NCBI GenBank assembly: GCA_010909165.1
Contig: MU008213.1
Location: forward strand, 1 to 64,000
Direction: 5' to 3'
From: Anthoceros angustus
Lineage: Eukaryota > Plantae > Anthocerotophyta
Length of the DNA stretch: 64,000 nt
Shown here: positions 34,376 to 46,700 of the stretch, in pieces
Layout: the number at the start of each line of letters is the position of its first letter
Position numbering within the stretch: position 1 is the stretch's first letter
The notes under the pieces: generated by a model
What the model was told of the DNA's origin: nothing
Database searches by the model: none
What the model saw: only the letters and a program-made list of their open reading frames with translations
Program-made: the position numbers and the translations under genes

Positions 34376-36516
34376 CTACTCACACATCTGAGAAACCAGA
34401 CCACATGACAAAGCCATCAGTAGCGCAGCGCCCTCTTCTTCATCGTCAGCCAAGCGTCGATGAAAACGCGGAAGACTCTCCTCATTGCCACCTTCAGCCT
34501 CATAATCAGAACTGGGTACACAGACAGAAGGCATACTGATAACAGACACCAAAGGTGCTGGTGGCCTGATTGAGCAAAGATTCGACATGGGAAGTTGTTG
34601 CCATTTCAGGCAACCTCTAGCCCATCTCCTTCTTGAACTGTCATCCACAGTACCAGGACTGGAGGCATCAAGTGGTAAAGATGACGTATTGATTCGCTTA
34701 CGAGCATGCAGGTCAAGGCTCGAACCTGCAATCTGCATACTCGCCGTAGCTTCTGCCCAAGCCTGTTCAGGTTCAAAAGCTGCTATGTTCTGCTTACGTT
34801 TTGACACTTTAGCAGACACTGGACTCCGTTGAGCAGATAAGGGGCATTGGTAACATGAATCCACATTCCCACTGGCTGCAGTACGCCGTCCGGCCTTCTT
34901 GTATCGTATGCCACATGCATTGCAAAGCGACTGCATTCCAGAATCAAGCAAGCAAGTTATAGATGGACTGATCTAGCTAAAAACTTCATCAGGACTGATC
35001 TAGCAACCAGCATCACACAGGACTGATCTAGCTACTAGCTTCACCATTAAGAAACAACAAATTCCAGAAGCACACCACAAAGCCATCTCAAAGACAGCTA
35101 AACCCGACGGCACTTCCCTAGATCACCTTTGGGCCTCCAGGACCATTTCTCCACAGAGGAGTTTTGACTGTCCCGCAGTGGGCACATGTCCTTTCCATGA
35201 TCCGACAACCAATTGCATCGACAGCTTGATGACGAGCATCAGGAAGTGACATTGGACTGCCAGTCACCATACCGATGCCTTTTGTTATCAAGGTTCCAGA
35301 TGGATCTCCTCTGACATTTCTGTTGCCAAAACCTGAAACAATTACAGGAGGTAACCACGGTTTCCTTGAGGCCCTGAGAGTGCTCCGGGCAGAGCGCTCC
35401 AGCAAGCTGCTACCAGCGAAAGAGTCAGATGCGTCCGAGCTCTCAGACGATTCCAGTTCCTCGGGGTAACTCTTTTGTTGAACAAAGCTCCAGCATGATC
35501 CCGTACTATTTCTGTTGGACGCCCCATCAGTAGAAAATTGGGATACTACAGCCTTAGATGCCTTATTCATAACTGAATTGTGACGCTGTCCCTCTCCTGT
35601 ACCTGTTGACTGGAAACAGATTCGTAGCCATCAGCTGCTTACACACTGATAAGTGCAGGGGTCAGAACCTTTTCCCCGATCAGTTCCACAGACAGCAGAC
35701 TTCTTCCACACACCACACCAGCCATGCCACATGCTTGACGACCAAAGCAACAGGCATGTCATAAAGAACAAAAGGTATACACAAATTGGTTACGCCCAGA
35801 TTTTGGAACCATATTGATCTCTCTTGACTAACCTGGAGGAGACAGCGGTCTTTGCAGCTTGTGATTGTCCATGGTGCCACCCCGTTGCTCCCTATCTGGC
35901 TTTCACCCCTTCCTTTTGAAGGTGCTGGGCTCACTGTTAGGACTGGATAACCTTCTATGACCCCAGACTTATTGTCACTGAAGGTCTTGGGTGTGTGGCC
36001 ACAGCCAGTGTCCTCCTCATCTATGCCTACAAGCTGGGGTTGAGTTGATTCAGGAGTGAAGACGACAAGATTGTTCAGCGGCTTCATATCACTATGGTCA
36101 TGGGCACATCCCACTCCTCCAGGCAGATCCTGTGACGCATCCGCGAAACTGTTCAAAATATAGGGGCCTGTGCAAGACAGTTGCAGAGAGATATCTAGAT
36201 CATTCTGTTGGGGGGTTCGAAGTGAGAGTGTACAATCCACCTGCCCCAATGTCACATCCCCACGACCCATATCCGGCTCACTGTACAAGTTGCAGAGAAT
36301 ATGTGTCCCAGAAGAAGCAAAGGAATTTGCACACACTGCAAGACTTGCATTATGGAGGGACGGAGGAGTTATTGTGGCCCCTCCATATTCCATGTTAGTC
36401 AGACCTCTCTGGCAGCCTACAGAGGTCCCTACAGGACCTCCATTATTGTTACATGACAAGCTTCCCCCAGAGTATGCAGGCAACTCAGCGCACGAACGAC
36501 CCTCAGAGTGCTGCAT
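34376..36516 (-). CDS. B-GATA: B-class GATA transcription factor with HAN and LLM motifs; predicted exons 36516-35833, 35609-35127, 34930-34376 (573 aa if this ATG is used)
   Basis: Zinc finger CAHCGTVKTPLWRNGPGGPK|SLCNACGIRYKK split by a phase-0 GT-AG intron (35126-34931). A second phase-0 GT-AG intron at 35832-35610 keeps the frame. HAN motif VDCTLSLRTP (~36240-36211); LLM motif EEEGAALLMALSCG near the stop. The start codon is inferred; an upstream exon is possible. Confidence 0.92.
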
Positions 36517-37450
36517 CTCATCCTCTGTCTGAATCTGCCTGAGCCAGAATTTTTTGAGGGGGATCTGCCCGTGCACCGTTGGAAAAAAGCAGTGGGACTG
36601 TATCATCACTAGCACCTGGGCAAAGCTTGAAATGTCTCCAAGAATTCCAGACCACATCGAGTAGCCTATGTCACCCAGTGCTTTGAAACATTTGCGCAAT
36701 CCCCAGCGCACTATTAAGTATGTCCATGAGGTGCGCCCGCCTGAAAGGTAGCAACAGAAACATGCATGTGTACTTCTCGCTTCCTCCTTACAATCCCAAA
36801 GCTTGCACGGAGGGTGATTCTGACCTCTGTCAAGGCAGGCCCCAACTGTATCACTGATACAAAATTTGAAGGTCTTGAAACACGCTGATTCAAGACCATA
36901 ACACACACTTAAGACGGTGAGATGGACTTTCAGCCCTGATGTCCGAAACTGCTGGCATTCAAAAGCCTGCTATTCAACAGCATATAGGAAGGAGTCAAGA
37001 AATGATCCAAAGGTAGAAACTAGCGAAACACAGTTTACGGCTAAATGCGATGGCACGATACCAACTAGGTTAGCGATGCGTGACCAAAAACTTGGAATCG
37101 AGGGGGCATTCCGGATAATTCACAGGCTGCTGTCCCAACCCCATCGCTCTCAGGATACCTTGTACCACTAGCAAACTCCCACCGCCATTCCAGACGTAGA
37201 CTCGCCACAAGCTTGGCATCCACTACCATCAGCCCTTCCCCAAAGCTCGGGAAGGAAAACCTTATCCCGAGACATACGGGCAGCTGAGTAGCTACCGTAG
37301 GATGTGACGTTCTCTTCCCGGACAGCGTCAAATACACTCATTGATTTATAAAGTCTCCGAAATTGCTACAAAAAGTAAAATCGCCTCATTCTTAGCGGTA
37401 AGTCTATATTTTCACCCATGTTACCGCTAAAAAAACTATTTCTACCTATA

Positions 37451-38192
37451 TAATAACGTCCGTCACTACGCAGCCAATAAGGAAGCTACCAGTGCTGCCT
37501 TCCCAGCGATCTAGGACCTCGCCAATTCACTCCACAAGAGACTTGCATGATTCTCAACGCTTTCAACCTCACAACGTAGCACTAGGCTCCAAGTAGCTCG
37601 TTGTCCACAGACGACTTGCAGGTCACCTCCTAGAGGTGCTGCTCTTTATTGATAGACTACACACTTGAATCTGGCTATCTACGCCTAACTAGCTACTGCC
37701 CTTCAGTTAAGGGCAAGCTCACTAGTTAAGCTCTCCACAGCTCTCTCAACACAAGGCTTGCAACGCATCATAAACTGAATGATGATGATGAAGATGATTA
37801 CTTAAAGCCCTTGCTTTCGCCCTTATATATCGCGCAGGCTTGCCTTAACTAGGCAGCTCCTAACTCAGGGGATTCTTACAAACCACCGCTTGCAACGCAT
37901 CATAAACTGAATGATGATGATGAACATGATTCCTTAAAGCCCTTGCTCTCGCCCTTATATATCCCACGGGCTCCTTAACTAGGCAGCTACTAAATCAGAG
38001 GATTCTTACAAACAACCGGTCACTAAGAGTCCTCTCTAGACAGCTCTTCAGTAGTGGCTGTAGCAACTCCTCTCTAATAGGAGATTGCCTGAAGCATGCA
38101 ACACATGCATATTCTTAACATGGCAGCTACTAATTAGCTTTTTACCTCTTTTAACTTTTCATCTTTCTACCTCATTTTACCAATGTCGTTAC
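37451..38192 (-). repeat. 3' LTR of a chromovirus-type Gypsy, with an internal 132 bp duplication
   Basis: Related to 33386-34005; purine tract (rc GGGGGAGAGAG) at ~38192-38202; duplicated unit starts at 37756 and 37888, each with a minus-strand TATATAAG. Confidence 0.8.
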
Positions 38193-38199
38193 TCTCTCC

Positions 38200-38765
38200 C
38201 CCACTGGGAAGATGTCATTGTCCTCAATGACCTCCAATGTAACGTGAGATGATCCATGATCCTTGTTGCACATCTTCAAGTGAAACCCAAACAGGATCTG
38301 CATAACCACGAAGCCTTACCATATACTCTGGTACATAACCACAAACAGCAGGCACTTCTCTCTCTGCTAGGAATTCAACAATCTCCCACAATCCATGAGG
38401 TCTGTGTTGAACCAGGATGACATAATTCTTCCCGTTCATATCTTCATTCTCTTTTGAAATCACAAATGGTTTTAGCAGAGAGACATTATGAGGGAAGATC
38501 CATTGTGAAAGAAGATCTATTCAGGTAGTTGTAGTTTGAAAGCCACATTCCCAATGCACTTCAAAAGTACGAAAGATCCTTCATACTTGGACCTGAACTT
38601 TGAAGTCAGCCCTTATGGTAGTGGGAAATCCTTCAATTTCACCCACACCTTGTCACCTACTTGAAACTCTGCCTTTGTCTTGTGCCTGTCAACAAACTTC
38701 TTTTGCCTTTCTTGAGCTTCGGCCAAAATCTTCTTAGCAACTTCTTGCGTAGCCTTAGGTGGAGG
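38200..38765 (-). pseudogene. Gypsy integrase C-terminus with chromodomain (chromovirus fragment)
   Basis: FQVGDKVWVKL...KFRSKYEGSF...AFKLQLP, then WEIVEFLAERE...EYMVRLRGY..PVWVSLEDV. Confidence 0.8.
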
Positions 38766-38978
38766 CACCTCTGCGAGAGGGAAGAAGAAGAGAAGAAGGT
38801 GGCGGGGAGTGAGCTAGAGCTAACTTCCTGATTATGTGGTTGTTTTCCCCACTAGGAGAGCCTTAGGGTGAGACCCCAAGAGGCCGAGAGGAGGCTTGGA
38901 ATTGGGAAGTAGCTTCCTCCTTTGACAGCACTTGGGAAGTAATTCACTCCCCTAGTAGCATTTGGGAAGAAGAGCACC

Positions 38979-40200
38979 ATGCCTCGGCGGGAAAGGGTGA
39001 GGGAAGGACACGCTGTGAGGATTCCTCCTCATGAGGAGGAAAAGGAAAGAAAGCGCTGACGGTAAGGCGCCGGGAAGAGGTGAGTCGAGATGCTTCACAT
39101 TTTTCAGGCGACTCAATCCCGTGATTTGGTAGATTTCAAGCGATTGGGAGAGGAGAACATCCAATTGGGATGGGTGTATGGCCAATGGGCCTACACCAAT
39201 TGGGAATAATTAGTGCTATATCAACCTCCATCAATCGGGCAGCCCTTGCCGCTCTGGAAGGAATGCTCGGCCCGGCCCATGGTCTTTGGGCGGTTCGGGC
39301 ATTCAACAGTGTATAGGAGGCCGGAGGAGGAGGCTCAAAATTGCTACTCTCCTCGAGAGGACAAATGGAGAAGAGGATTGCCCTCTCAAAGATTCGCGAA
39401 GTCTGGACATGATGGATGGGCCGGAGGTGAAGGCTTACAAATGGTGGAAGGCGGACAACATCAAGGAGGCCAAGTAGGCGGCTCTTTGCTAAGATTGTGT
39501 TAGGGTTGAATGCAAGCGGACTTCTTATTTCGGCACCAATTTCCTTCAATTTTTGTGCAAGATTTCGCGAGGAGCCAAGCCAGATTGGGGCACCATCATG
39601 TATGAGGCCTATATCCATCACAAGGAGAAGCTCCTTCGGCCAAATTCGGTAGATGAAGAAGGGCCAAGGCCATGTCCTCAGCACCTATTTGGTGCATTTG
39701 TGGGAAACAGAGGGACTCCTCACCAGCAAGGAGCTGGAGGATGCTTGGCATCCTTCGGAGATAATCCACCTTCAGCCAAGCTTAGAGCGACCTTTGCCTT
39801 TTGCTCTGAGGAAGACCATGGGAGGCCAGACCTCCACAAGCACACCAGGACCAAGGGCGGAGGAAGTAGAGGCAACGAGGTTGCCGGAGTGAAAGGCCTT
39901 CCCCCCACAAGAGCAAGGGGAAGGAGAGGAGCAAGGTTCGGCCGAGGAGGGCCAGATGGTAGTCTATGAGAGGAGGACTACCATAGGAGGGGTGACAGCC
40001 CCAAGGGTGGGAGGAGTCCCCACCATTTCGTGGGTGCCTAGGAAGAGCACCCGGCGTCTACCGGTGGTGGCGGTTACCGTGGTGGCGGTCGACTACCACG
40101 GTAGATAAGCCGAACTACGCGCTTAGGGGCGACCTACCGCGGTAGACAAGCACCCTACGCCGGTAGGCAAGCAGCCTACGGCGGTAGGAAGAAGGAAGAA
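38979..40200 (+). pseudogene. Gypsy-associated accessory ORF, copy 1 (frameshifted)
   Basis: Homologous to 55231 onward: MPR.GK, NPRDLVDF, NIQLGWVYG, DWGTIMYEAYIH, LSTYLVHLW. Confidence 0.65.
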
Positions 40201-40569
40201 GGCGATGCGGCGCTTTACCGAGCCGCCGCCATCACCGTCTTTGGCGGGAGGCGAGATGGGGCGGTGCGAGGCGGCAACAGCTACCTTTCCACCGCTCTGG
40301 GAAGCACCATCGCCTCTGGTGGCCCGTGGGTCTTCTCGCCGTCCGCGAGACCCCAAGCATACCGTCCATGGCGGTTGCCAATACCATGCGTTCCTCCACG
40401 GCCTTGAGAGAACACCCATTGGGAAATCGGTGGGTGCGGGCATCTCAGTCCATCCAAGGACCGCCCTCTGCAGTCAGGAGAAGTCAGGTGGGCTCTCTCG
40501 GACTGATCAGGACCCTTAGGTCTGAGCGGCACCCTCGTCCAGTCCTTCCACCTCCTTGGCCATTTGCCG

Positions 40570-41950
40570 CTAACTCCTTCTCATGCCGTCTTTGTTTGGG
40601 GCTCGGAGGTGGTGAGGGGTCTGGGCTAGCCCGTTTCCCCCTTCCTGCCGGAGACATGGTGGCCTCGAGTGGGGTTCGCCGGTGGCCCCTGCGCCTTGGG
40701 CGGCATCACCGCCTTCTTCGGCTTCCTCGCCTCCACGCCACTCCGTAGGTAGGGAGGCGGAGGAGCCGTCTTGGCTCCTTGGCGCCTCGTTGGTGGGGCG
40801 TCTTAGCCTCTTGGCGACTCTCCTCGTCCGTGGGCTCAGATTCTTGGGGCGTGAGTGGGGTTTGCTAGGCGTGCGCGCCGGCCTCAGTTCTCTCCACAGC
40901 GGTGCTCCGTCGGCGCAGGGAGCTCCCGGGACTAAGAAGGGGAGGCGGGAATATCCTTCCATACCTCTCGGGGTGGGGGTCCGTTCAATCGGATGGAATG
41001 GAATCCCTTCCCAATCGTCGTCCTCCGGCCTGCGTTTGGCCTTGGAGGTGGGACCTCGCCTCTGGCGCCTTTGCTCCTTCACGCTCACCTCGCGAGCCGC
41101 CCGGCCCTTTCACGGCGCTCCTCCTCTCCCTCCTTGGGAGGTTGAGGTGTCCCCATACATGGATGAGGAAGGCGATGGTGTGATGCGTGACTTCTTGCTC
41201 CTTAGCTTCACTGGCCTCTGGTTGGCTTCGGGTGAAGATGATCCGCCTCACCTTTCCCCGCTGAGAGCGTGCAGGGCAGAACACCAAAGATTGTCACCAA
41301 GGTGAGTCCACCTTGGTGAGCATGTCGATAATGACCTTGGCCTCGCCTTCTCCCACTTTGTCTGGCGGTCCAGGCATCAACCACCGGTAGTTGGACAATT
41401 GTTGGCCCCCGCTTGGCTTCTTGCCTCTACCTTCCCCTCACTTGAGTTCGGACCCCTTTAATTTCTTCCACCGGGCGGTTGTAACCGCGCCAGGGACTTC
41501 CACGGTCCACCCCAGGGTCCTCCGTCGAGGGCTCTTGGGCGCACCTCCTTGTTGGCGACCGCCAACATCTTAAGCGTACTCTCGGACGAGGAATGTTGTC
41601 GAGCAATCGAACTTGGCGAAGATGTCTAGGTGCCATTGCTCTGCTCTCCGCTTCCCTCCGGCCGGGCACGAAGTTGGGGTATCTCTTGGTAGCGATGTTG
41701 CGCTCCAAGCGCCGAGCTCCCCACACGCCGCGCCTTCTTGGGTCCCATCGCCGCGCGCTCTTCCGCTCTTTGGCCCAGGAATTATGCTTCAACCTCCTCT
41801 CTGCAGCCGCATTGGCGCTCCAACCCGCGAGGTGAGCCATGTGCAAGAGTGCAGGCGCTCAAAAGACAACGCCGGTGGGTGTCGGCAGTGCAGCCGTCAG
41901 CGAGGTCACGGGGAGGAATGACCTTCGCTCCCGTGGCCGCGTCGCGAGTA
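40570..41950 (-). pseudogene. GC-rich ORF remnants of probable retroelement accessory region
   Basis: Frameshifted coding-like stretches (PFHPIERTPTPRGMEGYSRLPFL; LKHNSWAKERK); no family recognised. Confidence 0.3.
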
Positions 41951-42599
41951 GGCCAGCTAGGAGGAGGCGCCTCTTTGCCGTAATTGTCGGTGGCCCGCGC
42001 TTACTCTAGCCTCTACGCCCGCGGCGTACTCACGGCCTTCTGTTGTGTTGTGCCGGAGGCGTGAATACACTATAACGTGCAGCAACCCTAGGTCCTGGTC
42101 TGCATGCCGTCCACCAGCCGGGTGGCCACGTGGCCTCGTGCTGAAATACGCTCCGACTCCTAAGTTACTTTGCCCGGCGTGCTTATCCCGTCTGCTCGGG
42201 AGTGTAGTCGGGACTTACCGCATGCGCTCGGTCAGGTCCCCATACCCACTCCGGGGTGTGGTCACAGTGAACACTCCAGTGCGGTCAGGGCCCGCCGCCT
42301 ACTCGGTGTAGTCCGGAGTGCCTCGACCCTTATTTCTCCTTTTCCGCCTTATTCCCTACTCCACGCCTACGAAAAAAACAAAACCTAGCTCATTTCCTAC
42401 CCAAGGGAAGAGTCCGTGGCCCACAGTCCCTTCCCTCAATGTTGCTCTCCTCTCTTCTCCATTTTAGAGAAGGCTTCCTGGGTCAAGATCTTCGTTGCTC
42501 TTTTGCCTGCTGTTTGATTTGTCCATACCTACCATAGAGCATTTTCAAAGATCCTTCCTCCCCATTCACCGTTCGATGATGCCTTCTCCTTACTGATTT

Positions 42600-43540
42600 T
42601 TCCGGGCCTTCTTGCGTTGGACTCCTCTCCAGGTCCCGGTTCCTCCCTTGACCGTGGGGTGAGGGAATTTCTCACCCCTTCTCCTATCATCGGGTAGGTA
42701 CCGTCCTTGGTTTTCCTCCGGCCCGCTCAGTCGGCCGCATATCATCCCTTCCAGGGGGCATGCTACTGGATCCCCCTGCTCTTCCATCCTCAGTAGGGCC
42801 CCCATGGCCCCTTCCTCGGACCCTCTTAGTAGGTCCACACATCCCCAGTGGGTTGCCTACCTATCATGGTAGGGTGATCACCTACCGTGGTAGGCTGATC
42901 ACCTACAAGCGTAGGCTGATCTCCTACCTTGCCTCTGGTGCCCTCTTCTTCCCGTGGCACCGCGATCCCTTCTCCTTCCACTCCTTCTCCTGACTCCTCG
43001 GAGTCCATATCACTTGTGGCCTCATCAAAGTCTAAGGCCCCCAGCCTCACTTGTAGGAGAGCCTCCTGGTCATCATCATGAGGCCCCAAAGTCCTCCTTT
43101 TTGAGAGGCGCAGCACCTCGTTGTTGGCCTTCAGAATTCGATTTTGGAGATGGGCTCCCATCAAGATCTGCAGGCCACTCTCCATCTTCACACCTACCCT
43201 TGTAGGCGTCTCTTGCCATCGTTAATTCTCCTACCCTCACATGAAGGGCGACATTCTCTTCCTTGGCTTCCTTGAGTTGGTTGGTCAATTTCGATTGAAG
43301 GGCATAATCCGCCCGAAACCGTCTCTTCCTAACTACAAGCATTTTGTGCACCACCTTCTTGTGGCGCTCCTCCTCCTGGACTCTTCTTTGCTCCAGGTCA
43401 GCCACTTGCTTAGCAAACTTCTCCCGCTCCTCTTGCCAAGCATCTTTCTCACGCTCCAGCCCTTGCACTTGGAGATCTAGCCTGATCAACTCCATGCTCC
43501 TTACTTCCAGGCTTAACCGGGTTTTTCGTAGCTCCCCCTA
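42600..43540 (-). pseudogene. Coiled-coil accessory ORF tail, homologous to ~56900-57360
   Basis: EERHKKVVHKMLVVRKRRFRADYAL...KEENVALHVRVGELT versus EEYHKKVVHRMLVVRKRRFLGSYAL...KEENVTLHVKVGELT. Confidence 0.7.
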
Positions 43541-43759
43541 CTAGAAATGGCAGCCCATGTTACACTTTATGTTAAGATTTGGACCCCTGGATGTAACACT
43601 TATGTTGCAATTTTGGGGTCATGTAACACTTTTTGGGCTTCTTATTACAATTTGGCTTGGAAACCAAAGCAGGCGTTGTTACTAACCATGTTGCCATGGT
43701 GTTACATTATGTTGAGATGAAGTGAGAGGTGCTTTTGTCCTCTCTCAAGATTTGCTTGT

Positions 43760-46700
43760 CCGGGTCATGTACCACACTAGTTGATTACGCACCACCGCAT
43801 CCTCTGAGCCTCCTCTCGTCCTCATTGTCTTGTACAAACCCTAGCAGCCGTTCCAATTGGCTTTCCTCCTCGGTTAGACGCCCCTCCATCATGATTAAAT
43901 AGCATTAGGTACCTCAAATTCGATTGGCATAACTGGAGAATGCCCATAGGTTGGAAGTAGTGTACAGATTAGTTGGTGGTTACCTTCTCCGTCACCCGAA
44001 GGCCCATAGCTCGATGGTAACTTGGTATCGATCGTGCGCATAACTTAATGAGCTTATTAGGGATCTCGGCGAATAAGTCCGTTGGTCTTCTCCGTTAACC
44101 CATTGGCCTTGGGTTGTATGGTCGCATCTTTGCGATGAGTTATCTGAAATAGTCAGTCATTGCATTGAGGAAATGAGTTCCCCCTATAAACACCAAGCTA
44201 CAGCGGACACCCATACCATGTTATGATGTTTTTGTAGAGGAACTTTGCCACAGTGCTTGCAGAGTCCGTCCTTGTTGCCATCGCTTCTACCACACAGTGC
44301 GGTGGTCGTTGCCAGTATCTCTTCATGTGTGCTTTGTCGTGGTGCATAGGTCCGGCCGAGTGATACCTATTTTTCGAGAAGGCGTGGTGCTAGTATGGGC
44401 TGTTGACCATTGAGTTGTTGGGGTCGGCTTCCCGATCCGCTGACAAGCATCACATCGCTTCACGAACTGGTGCGTTTCCCTATACATGGTGGGCCACCAG
44501 TACCCAGCCTCCAAGATCTTTTTGGTGGTGACCTACGCCGCATAATGTCCACCACCCAGTCCCTCATGCATCCCTTTTATTACTACCTCCGTTTCCGCCT
44601 GTTGGAGGTATCTCCGTTCAACTCCGTCCGGCCTCACCTTGAAGACGCATCCGTTATACATCCGAAAAGGGCGGGCATAGTGCACAAAGGCTTGTTGTTG
44701 GCTACGAGTCAATCCGCGTGGCATCTCCATCTCCACAGTCGCTCCGGCTCATGGTTACTGGCTCCCTCGGCGACTCCTTCTCGTTTACTGGCTTCTCGGT
44801 TCTTACGACTCGCTCCTCACTTTCCGCCTCCCATGGCCACCGGGTTCCTCGTGCGGGAAGGCGTCCTCACGATGCGGGGCGCTCGGTCTTGATCTCGGCA
44901 GTCGGTGTTTGGTGTTGCAGTCTGTCTCCACCTCAAAGGTGAACTCTTGGAGTGTGAATCCACCTACAATTAAATCACAGCAGTGCCTTATTCACGAGAT
45001 GCTTGAGCGCAAAGTGGTCCACATAGAACACAAACTCGTTGGGTAGGAGGTAGTGCCTGAATTTCTTGATCGCGTACACCATGCCCAGTGCCTCCCGCTC
45101 CGTGGTAGTGTACCTTCGTTCCGCATGCGTGAGCTGCCTTCCAGCGTAGTAGATCGGATGATCCCTCCGCTGATCGTCCTTTTGGCTGAGCACAACTCTC
45201 GGAGATGGCGAAAACACATCCACATATCACGATGAAACCGCTACCCCGGTCCGGACCTTTCAATGCTGGAGCACTTATCAGGTGATGCCCAGATCCTTGA
45301 GCAGTCTCTCTCTCCGGTGTCCAAGTCCTCTTCCTTCCGAAGCAACTCTGTCAGCTTGGCGGCGCGCTTGGCAAAGTCCTTAATGAACCGTCTGTAGTAA
45401 CCCACCATGCCCGGGGAATCCTCGCCCAGCTCCTTGATTTGTGGGTTGCAAGGCAGATGGCCGGACTTTATCTTGGTCCAACTCTATCCCTCGTGCCGAT
45501 ACCCGATGCCCAAGCAGGATTCCCTCCGTCATGCCGAAGTAGCATTTCTCCGGATGTAGGTACAGCTGAGTTTCCCTATAGCACTCCAAGCACTTCCGCA
45601 GGTGGCCAACATCCTTGTCCTCCTCGCCGTGCACACAAAAGTCGTCCAAGAATACCTCCATGAAGTCCCTCAAGAAATCCCGGAAGACATTGGTCACCAT
45701 CCGCATGAATGACCCTGGCGCTCCCGTCATCCCGAAGGCGCTTCTCTTGTAGGCGAACGTCCCCCACTCCGTCGTGAACGTGGTCTTGTCCCGGTCAGAG
45801 CTCCCTCGAGTCTGCGTTAGTTGGTTGTACGAGTAGCCATCTAGGAAGTAAATTGGGCACGCCACCTTGTCAGAGTATATGTCATCTCGAAGGCATGGGA
45901 AAGTGATCCTTCGGTGGCGGCATTAGTTCCTCCAATCTGGCGGGGCGGATTTGCAGATTTCTTGGGCACCACAACAATGGGTGCCACCCATTCGTTGTTT
46001 ACAATCGGGAAGATGATGTCCACCTCCAAATATTTGTCCAGGACCTCCTTGACCTTCAGCGAGTGTTTGGGATTTAGTTTATATTGGCCGAATTGACGGG
46101 CACACGCGAGTCTATCAGGTGTTCTCCCCTTTGTTTGGGATGCCCTTCATGTCAAGTGACCTTGAAAGCAAATACCTCATTTGAACTCCCCTACGGTGTG
46201 TGAGGTCTCGCTTACTCCGTTGGCATGCCCTTCCGGAACTTTAAGGACTTGCCGGGTCGTACCTCCACGTCTTCCACATCGTCCGGATTGACTGTCTCCC
46301 TTTCCCTCGCAGCTTCGCTACGTCCAAACCCTTCATCCTCCATCCGAGGTTCATCCTCACGCATTCCCCACTCCCGGAAGAGCTCGTCCGAGGTGAAACA
46401 GGTCACTTCTTCAGGCTCCACCACCTCGTCATTCGAAGGGCCCTCTCCCTTGCTATCGTCCTCCTGGCTTGGCGCGGCATCCACCCGGAAATAGTTGACG
46501 ACCTCCGCTCCAAAGGCGTCCCTCCGGTAGTCCATTTCCTCTTCAGACCACGAGATCTTCGGGAAGGGGTAGGCATCATCCGTATCCTCCCGTTTGTCGT
46601 TTCCACTGTCCTCGGCAGTGTACCCTTAGTCGTGCTTCTGATTTCCATGATGTGTCCTTGCTCCAGGTGATCGCTACTCGCCCTTCCCTTACCTTCGGAT

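Noticed and set aside
35680-36906. 408 aa single-exon ORF as a separate gene
   Set aside because: It is GATA exon 1 plus read-through into the intron and upstream sequence; splice sites give a better in-frame model.
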